A DNA stretch of 32,000 nucleotides from Xanthomonas campestris pv. campestris str. ATCC 33913 (GTDB taxonomy: Bacteria; Pseudomonadota; Gammaproteobacteria; Xanthomonadales; Xanthomonadaceae), in contig NC_003902.1 of NCBI RefSeq assembly GCF_000007145.1, forward strand, positions 4,226,497 through 4,258,496, in the 5' to 3' direction. The position numbers were made by a program, and so were the translations under genes. Below are positions 27,834-32,000 of this stretch, piece after piece. The first letter of the stretch is position 1; every line of letters starts with the position of its first letter. The notes under the pieces are model-generated. The model searched no databases, was not told where the DNA came from, and saw only the letters and a program-made list of their open reading frames with translations.

Positions 27834-28247
27834 GTGGCACCAGACACACTCAGCGGTAGCTGCGATTGCGGCAGCGCGGGCTGGCATCTCTCCGGTGATC
27901 CAGGCGCGGTCACGGCTTGCAACTGCACGCTGTGCCGGCGCTACGGCGCGCTCTGGGCGTACGACGTTGAACACGGGCGCATAACGCTACACGGGCCAAC
28001 GCAAACCTATGTCCGCGCCGGGAAGCAAGACCCCGCGCTAGAGATTCACTTCTGCCCTGCCTGCGCCTGCGTGATCTGCTGGCGTGGGCTGCGCCTCGAA
28101 GCCGACGGAAGCCGGCGCATGGCAGTCAACATCAGGCTCGCCGATCCAGACGCCGTCGCGCACTTGGCCATCGACCACTTCGATGGTCTGGACAGCTTTG
28201 ACGACCTGCCGCCCGATGGCCGTTGCGTGCGTGATCTATGGTTCTGA
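27834..28247 (+). CDS. GFA (glutathione-dependent formaldehyde-activating/CENP-V-like) family protein
   Basis: Cys-rich zinc motifs GSCDCGS, CNCTLCRRYGALWAY and FCPACA. GTG 27834 is the proposed start; the upstream part of ORF 27756..28247 lacks family features. Confidence 0.78.
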   Translation: MAPDTLSGSCDCGSAGWHLSGDPGAVTACNCTLCRRYGALWAYDVEHGRITLHGPTQTYVRAGKQDPALEIHFCPACACVICWRGLRLEADGSRRMAVNIRLADPDAVAHLAIDHFDGLDSFDDLPPDGRCVRDLWF

Positions 28248-28370
28248 GGTGCGTGAGTGCACTGACTGGCGAGCAAGACGGATGAATTTCAAGCACAAGC
28301 ATCTGGTCACTACTGCTGGGTTTGTTCCTTCGCTGCATCCCATTTAGTTACTGCAGTTGGCCAAAGATTG

Positions 28371-28391
28371 CGCGATCGGTTGGCGATCGCG
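28371..28391. terminator. possible bidirectional terminator hairpin between convergent genes
   Basis: CGCGATCG (28371..28378) pairs with CGATCGCG (28384..28391) as an 8-bp stem with a 5-nt loop. It lies between the GFA stop (28247) and the stop of the 28437..28826 gene. Confidence 0.4.
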
Positions 28392-28436
28392 TCACCCGTG
28401 TTCATGTCTGTCATCTTGAGCGTGCTGTCATTCAAC

Positions 28437-28826
28437 TCACTGACAGCGACGATACTGGCTAACCGATTTGCCATCAGAGATCACCAGATAGCCGCCTTTC
28501 AGAATGTAAAGGTCATCAGTTCTGATATCTGGCGCGATATCCGACTTAGCGGAAACCAGCCAAGCATGTGGATCAGAAGAAACACGCCTGATCGATATGG
28601 GCGTCTGCTGGTGCTCGTGGCCACGCAACCAGGTCTTCTCGATATGTATCGGCGTATCGGAGTCAGGATTCATGGGTAGCTTGCAAGCGTGAGGGCCTAG
28701 GTCCCATATGCCCTGAAGCTCTTGTGGATACGCAACAGACTGGCGCACCTTAGTAGCCGACGCGGCGCCGATGCCAAGCAGCAACGGTAGGGCTAAAATA
28801 AACCCCGTGATCATCCGCATACTCAC
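28437..28826 (-). CDS. small exported hypothetical protein (possible second immunity/accessory protein)
   Basis: Signal peptide MSMRMITGFILALPLLLGIGAASA-TK. GGAG lies 9 nt upstream of ATG 28826. It is 73 nt downstream of the effector gene on the same strand. AT-rich. Confidence 0.6.
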   Translation of the reverse strand: MSMRMITGFILALPLLLGIGAASATKVRQSVAYPQELQGIWDLGPHACKLPMNPDSDTPIHIEKTWLRGHEHQQTPISIRRVSSDPHAWLVSAKSDIAPDIRTDDLYILKGGYLVISDGKSVSQYRRCQ

Positions 28827-28899
28827 TTTCTACTCCGTCGATGTGTTCACCACGCCAGGCTTAGTACGGCGACTGGCTCTGCCTATTTCTTGAAAAATA

Positions 28900-30057
28900 T
28901 CAGCGCGTCATCGACGGACCGGCCTGTGAGACGGCTTGCTGCGACTGTTCTAATGCCTGCTGCTGCTCGCGCGCCTGGGCCTGAGTCTGGTTGAGTGCCT
29001 GCAGGCGATCGAACGACTGGATCTCAGGTGTCTGCACGGCTTCTATCGTTGGCATATGTGCCCGCTGGTGTGCCGGGTCATTGAGCGCGCCTTGTACAAC
29101 GAAGACCTTCTCGCCGCCAGCTAGCTGAGGCGTGGGGTTGTTGAGTGCAACATGGTCCACCCGCGACAGCCCTTCCTCTTTGGCCAACGCAAGCAAGCTG
29201 GCGGTCATGCGCTGGCTGGCCCCGTCCCACTCTTTGCCGTGTTGGGCGTCGAGCTGCATCACGCCACCTCTGATCTGCTGGTACAGCGCGTGGTCCGCGT
29301 GGCCTGGCTGTGAGGGCAACAACGTGGTCTTCGGTGACACCGAGGGTGATTCAGGACCAAGTCCACCCTGCTTCACATCAGAAGTACTGATGTCGCCAAC
29401 GCCTCCAGGTTCCGGTCGACCCTGTTTGCGTTGCAGCGGTGCAATATATTTATCGTAGTAATCTCCGTAATATTGTTCATATGTTTTACTTGGACCAACC
29501 GAAGGTTTTTCCGTCTTGAAGACCTGGGCAATCTGGTTCAATGCAGCATCGCGCGTGATGCGACCTGCCATTTGCTGATCTGCAATTGCCTGGTACTGCT
29601 GTGGCCTTGTGCCGCTTCCAGAGATACCGATATCCGGTCCGTTATTATTTATAATCTCACGCCGAATTAGTGCGTTGCTAAGCGTTGCTGCAGCTTCGCC
29701 ACGGAGCATGCTCGTGACGTACCCATTCTTGGAGGACTGATCGGATTGCTCAGAAAATCGATGATGTCCAATTTCATGCGATAGCGACCGAGCGATGCGC
29801 GCACCGTTTCCAACTGCATTTTCGTCAATAACTACTTGCGTGCGAGGAACGAGATAGGTGCCGGCACCGGCAGTCCCCCATACCACCCCAATGTTGTCCC
29901 GATTCAGCTGCGCGAGGCCTGCCTGAAGTGTTGGAGACCTCTGCAAGAAAGGCGTGACCGAAGGATCCGATAGCGGAGAGGACGGCTTCACTGCAGCGGC
30001 TCCTGACACCGATTGCTGCGGCTGCGGATACTTCGACTCGTCGATATTTTCCATCAT
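28900..30057 (-). CDS. putative X-T4SS effector (X-Tfe): N-terminal HExxH gluzincin-like domain plus C-terminal XVIPCD
   Basis: GGAG lies 3 nt before ATG 30057 and 6 nt before ATG 30054. HEIGH is encoded at 29764..29778, with GEAAA 23 residues after the second His. The C-terminal ~135 aa (about 28903..29316) carry GHADHALYQQIRGG, SLLALAKEEGLSRVDHVAL, VFVVQGALNDPAH and the Gln-rich tail QTQAQAREQQQALEQSQQ. Confidence 0.82.
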   Translation of the reverse strand: MMENIDESKYPQPQQSVSGAAAVKPSSPLSDPSVTPFLQRSPTLQAGLAQLNRDNIGVVWGTAGAGTYLVPRTQVVIDENAVGNGARIARSLSHEIGHHRFSEQSDQSSKNGYVTSMLRGEAAATLSNALIRREIINNNGPDIGISGSGTRPQQYQAIADQQMAGRITRDAALNQIAQVFKTEKPSVGPSKTYEQYYGDYYDKYIAPLQRKQGRPEPGGVGDISTSDVKQGGLGPESPSVSPKTTLLPSQPGHADHALYQQIRGGVMQLDAQHGKEWDGASQRMTASLLALAKEEGLSRVDHVALNNPTPQLAGGEKVFVVQGALNDPAHQRAHMPTIEAVQTPEIQSFDRLQALNQTQAQAREQQQALEQSQQAVSQAGPSMTR

Positions 30058-30088
30058 GCACTCCGTTGCGGGAACCCAACTCAGCAAC

Positions 30089-30688
30089 TTATTTCTTGCT
30101 GATTGTGATGTAGCTTAGACCAGACTGATCTTGGTTCAATCCAAAGATGACAGTTGCCGTTTCTCTCTGCATCGACCAGTAAGCGCTCGAGCCGGCCGCG
30201 TCTGGGCGCGGTGGGTAGAGGGAAGCATCTGGCGAGGGCATACCCTCGAACTTCGGCCCAGGCGGCGAAAAGTCAAGCACAAGAGTCGCATGCGAAGGGG
30301 CATGCTGATTACTGCGAAGCTCAATGCGCTTCAAGGCTGCACCAGCCAGCACACCACTTACACCGGCCCGTATCACCATCACATCTTGCGATTCACCTGG
30401 GCCCAGTTGCGTTTGAAGCTGAGCGTTAAGTGCTGCGATATCGTGGAAGTCAGTTGCGATCAAACGATCCACATCTTGCTTGAGGCGTTCCGTCACGTCT
30501 TTGCTCCTGGTTTCAATGGAGGACTTTGCAGCCGCTACGGCTGGCTGATCGCGTGGAGTGCTGAGGGCACATCCCGCATGAAAAGTGCATAGTGTCAGCA
30601 GCGCAACTGGTAACAACGCTGCCCAAGGGAGGGCATTACGTCCTTGGTTAACTTGCCGGCCATGGGATTTCCCAAGGTGAAGGGCCAT
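30089..30688 (-). CDS. exported lipoprotein-like protein, candidate cognate immunity protein (X-Tfi)
   Basis: N-terminus with ALPWAALLPVALLTLCTFHAGC-AL, a signal peptide with an A-G-C lipobox but an atypical His at -3. It lies immediately upstream of the effector (31-nt gap, same strand). A candidate extended -10 (TGGTAAATT on the minus strand, + coordinates about 30720..30728) lies upstream. No family recognised. Confidence 0.68.
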   Translation of the reverse strand: MALHLGKSHGRQVNQGRNALPWAALLPVALLTLCTFHAGCALSTPRDQPAVAAAKSSIETRSKDVTERLKQDVDRLIATDFHDIAALNAQLQTQLGPGESQDVMVIRAGVSGVLAGAALKRIELRSNQHAPSHATLVLDFSPPGPKFEGMPSPDASLYPPRPDAAGSSAYWSMQRETATVIFGLNQDQSGLSYITISKK

Positions 30689-30853
30689 CTCTCTGATCCT
30701 GCGCTAAGAGTGTCGCTGAAATTTACCACGTCAATAACCTCGGATCAGGCCGCGGCAGCAATCCGCCTCACGTGGTTTGCGGTTGCAAGATCGACCAGCG
30801 GCGCACAGGCATGCACCTGAATGCGGCCGGCGGTGCTAGCGACGCGTCCTAAG

Positions 30854-31252
30854 TCATTTTGCAGGCACTCCCACCGGCGGCAACACCTCCATCAACAACC
30901 GCCCCACGCTGGCGGTGATGCGTAGCTTGGTGCCGATGGCAAAGCCCAGTTGCTGCAGCCATAGGCCGCTGAGGCGGACGTGGGGCACGTGCTGGTCGCC
31001 GGCGTGGTCGTGGGCGCCGGGGTAGAGGGTGTAGCTGACGGTGCATTGGCGCGGGCGGCGGGCGCGGCGGGGTGCATGCAAACGGCCGGGGCCTTGCGGC
31101 GTTGTGTCCGGCTCGGGCGGCAGCATCGGTGGCAGTTGGGTGCGATCGGGTTCGACGATGACCCACTGCACCCGCTTGGGTGGCGCGGGGCGCGCACGTT
31201 GACGGGTGGGCCGTGCGGTGGCGGACGCGTTGGGTGGGCGGCGGCGCGTCAT
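30854..31252 (-). CDS. symE: SymE-family (AbrB/SpoVT-fold) toxin-like protein with Arg/Pro-rich N-terminal extension
   Basis: The C-terminal half CTVSYTLYPG...VPHVRLSGLWLQQLGFAIGTKLRITASVGRLLMEV is collinear with E. coli SymE (LTVSYA...[30 protein letters not shown]). ATG 31252 overlaps the upstream stop (ATGA). Confidence 0.78.
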   Translation of the reverse strand: MTRRRPPNASATARPTRQRARPAPPKRVQWVIVEPDRTQLPPMLPPEPDTTPQGPGRLHAPRRARRPRQCTVSYTLYPGAHDHAGDQHVPHVRLSGLWLQQLGFAIGTKLRITASVGRLLMEVLPPVGVPAK

Positions 31253-31521
31253 GGCGCCCCCGGGTGGCGAGTGTTGGTGATAGGTGCAGCAACGCACTGC
31301 TGCAAGGCCACGTCGATGCGGGCGGACAGGCTGCGCAAGGCCTGCGACAACACGCCGGGTTGACTGAGCAGCTGCTGCGCGGGATCGTCGCTGGCCTGCT
31401 CAATAGCTGCGCGTGCAGCCAGCCGGCGCAGCACCTCGCCTACATCCCACAGCAGGCCGTGAGCGGAGGCTGGCAACAGATAACCCGGCACCGCTGCCGG
31501 CATGGATGGTGCGGTAGGCAT
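31249..31521 (-). CDS. small hypothetical protein translationally coupled to the SymE-like gene (antitoxin candidate)
   Basis: ATG 31521 is preceded by AGGAGG 8 nt upstream. The 90-aa product looks helical (LLWDVGEVLRRLAARAAIEQA...). Its stop overlaps the symE-like start. No family recognised. Confidence 0.5.
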   Translation of the reverse strand: MPTAPSMPAAVPGYLLPASAHGLLWDVGEVLRRLAARAAIEQASDDPAQQLLSQPGVLSQALRSLSARIDVALQQCVAAPITNTRHPGAP

Positions 31522-31572
31522 GGCAACGCCCTCCTGGAACAACCCAAGAACCGCCGCCAACGGCGACGGGAT

Positions 31573-31647
31573 GTCGGGAGGTTCGAAACCGCAGAGAGCC
31601 GGCGGGCGTATTCCCCTTGCGGGTGTTGTATTAGCCGCCCTCCCGAC
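31573..31647. repeat. 9-bp perfect inverted repeat with 57-nt spacer
   Basis: GTCGGGAGG (31573..31581) and CCTCCCGAC (31639..31647). It lies between the SymE operon start and the IS-like gene end. Confidence 0.8.
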
Positions 31648-31686
31648 GCAGGCATCGCATCGGTTGTACCTGCGGGATGCAGGCAC

Positions 31687-31716
31687 AAAAAACCCACCGG
31701 TTTGACGGAGGTGGGT
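31687..31716 (-). terminator. Rho-independent terminator (minus strand)
   Basis: On the minus strand, ACCCACC, an 11-nt loop and GGTGGGT are followed by TTTTTT (+ strand A6 at 31687..31692). It starts about 20 nt after the stop at 31736. Confidence 0.6.
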
Positions 31717-31735
31717 ACTAAGGTATCCCCACGTT

Positions 31736-32000
31736 TTACACCGTAAGCGTCATCTGCTCGCGCACTGCCGCAGGCAGTGCGCGCAAGCGCCCTATCCACC
31801 GTGAGACGGGTTCCATCGGCCACTGCCTGACCAGCGCTTCTCGGCCGATGCGTAGCGTGGAGTAAAGCTTGCGTGTGCTGTTGCGAGGAGACAGCCACTG
31901 GGCGATACCGGTCGCTTCGCATCCCAGCCCCGCCAACCAGCTGGCGAATGCAGCCAACGTATTGATCAGCAGCAGGATCTGCAGTCGCTCGCCGCGTCGG
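31736..32000 (-). mobile_element. 3' end of an IS4-family (IS10-like) DDE transposase gene, truncated by the window edge
   Basis: The reading frame is open to the window edge: ...RRGERLQILLLINTLAAFASWLAGLG...PRNSTRKLYSTLRIGREALVRQ. It is collinear with my recollection of the IS10 transposase C-terminus (SERFDIMLLIALMLQLTCWLAG...NRNVLSTVRLGMEVLRH). The IS terminus was not identified. Confidence 0.55.

Noticed and set aside
31575-31595. tRNA-like T-loop sequence GGTTCGAAACC, suggesting a tRNA or a tRNA-derived att site next to the island.
   Set aside because: The flanking bases do not form a T-stem (GGAGG against CCGCA). No acceptor or anticodon arms can be folded around it. It is more simply part of the 9-bp inverted-repeat structure.
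1-32000. Search for CRISPR arrays, rRNA genes, tandem repeats and T4SS structural genes (virB/virD4).
   Set aside because: I could see no regularly spaced direct repeats, no rRNA-like conserved blocks and no VirB/VirD4-like ORFs. The effector module is therefore treated as a satellite locus, not a secretion-system cluster.

Overview
High-GC bacterial chromosomal segment. Gene content and protein motifs look Xanthomonadaceae-like (Xanthomonas or Stenotrophomonas type); that assignment is inference only. I support about 33 protein-coding genes. I see no rRNA, tRNA or CRISPR array.

Positions 1-25.4 kb are GC-rich backbone. They encode a TrxB-like flavoprotein and an Rrf2 regulator, a periplasmic-sensor GGDEF cyclase, and several exported hydrolases: an S9/DPP-IV peptidase, a YiiX papain-like enzyme, a lipoprotein esterase coupled to an M1 metallopeptidase, and a DUF1615 lipoprotein. 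The backbone also carries a MarR-CPBP protease pair, a VOC protein, a Xi-class GST (YqjG-like), an unassigned multi-TM protein and a zinc-ribbon SDR. One tightly coupled four-gene operon stands out: GT2 glycosyltransferase, di-iron ferritin-like protein, GT-B glycosyltransferase and membrane desaturase/hydroxylase. I cannot assign it to a known pathway.

From about 25.4 kb to the window end the sequence becomes a visibly AT-richer mosaic island.
- The most interesting element is a satellite effector/immunity module of the bacteria-killing Xanthomonadales type IV secretion system. The effector has a C-terminal XVIPCD-like secretion domain and Gln-rich tail. Its N-terminal domain is an unassigned HExxH...E (gluzincin-like) domain. 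It is preceded by an exported lipoprotein-like candidate immunity gene and followed by a second exported protein.
- The island also holds two orphan lipoprotein genes. One sits behind a G9 homopolymer next to its putative promoter.
- It also holds a Tat-exported DJ-1/PfpI protein and a GFA-family protein.
- It ends with a SymE-like toxin translationally coupled to an upstream small ORF, and the 3' end of an IS4/IS10-like transposase at the window edge.

Many long ORFs in the six-frame track are antisense or out-of-frame artefacts of the high GC content and are not called.
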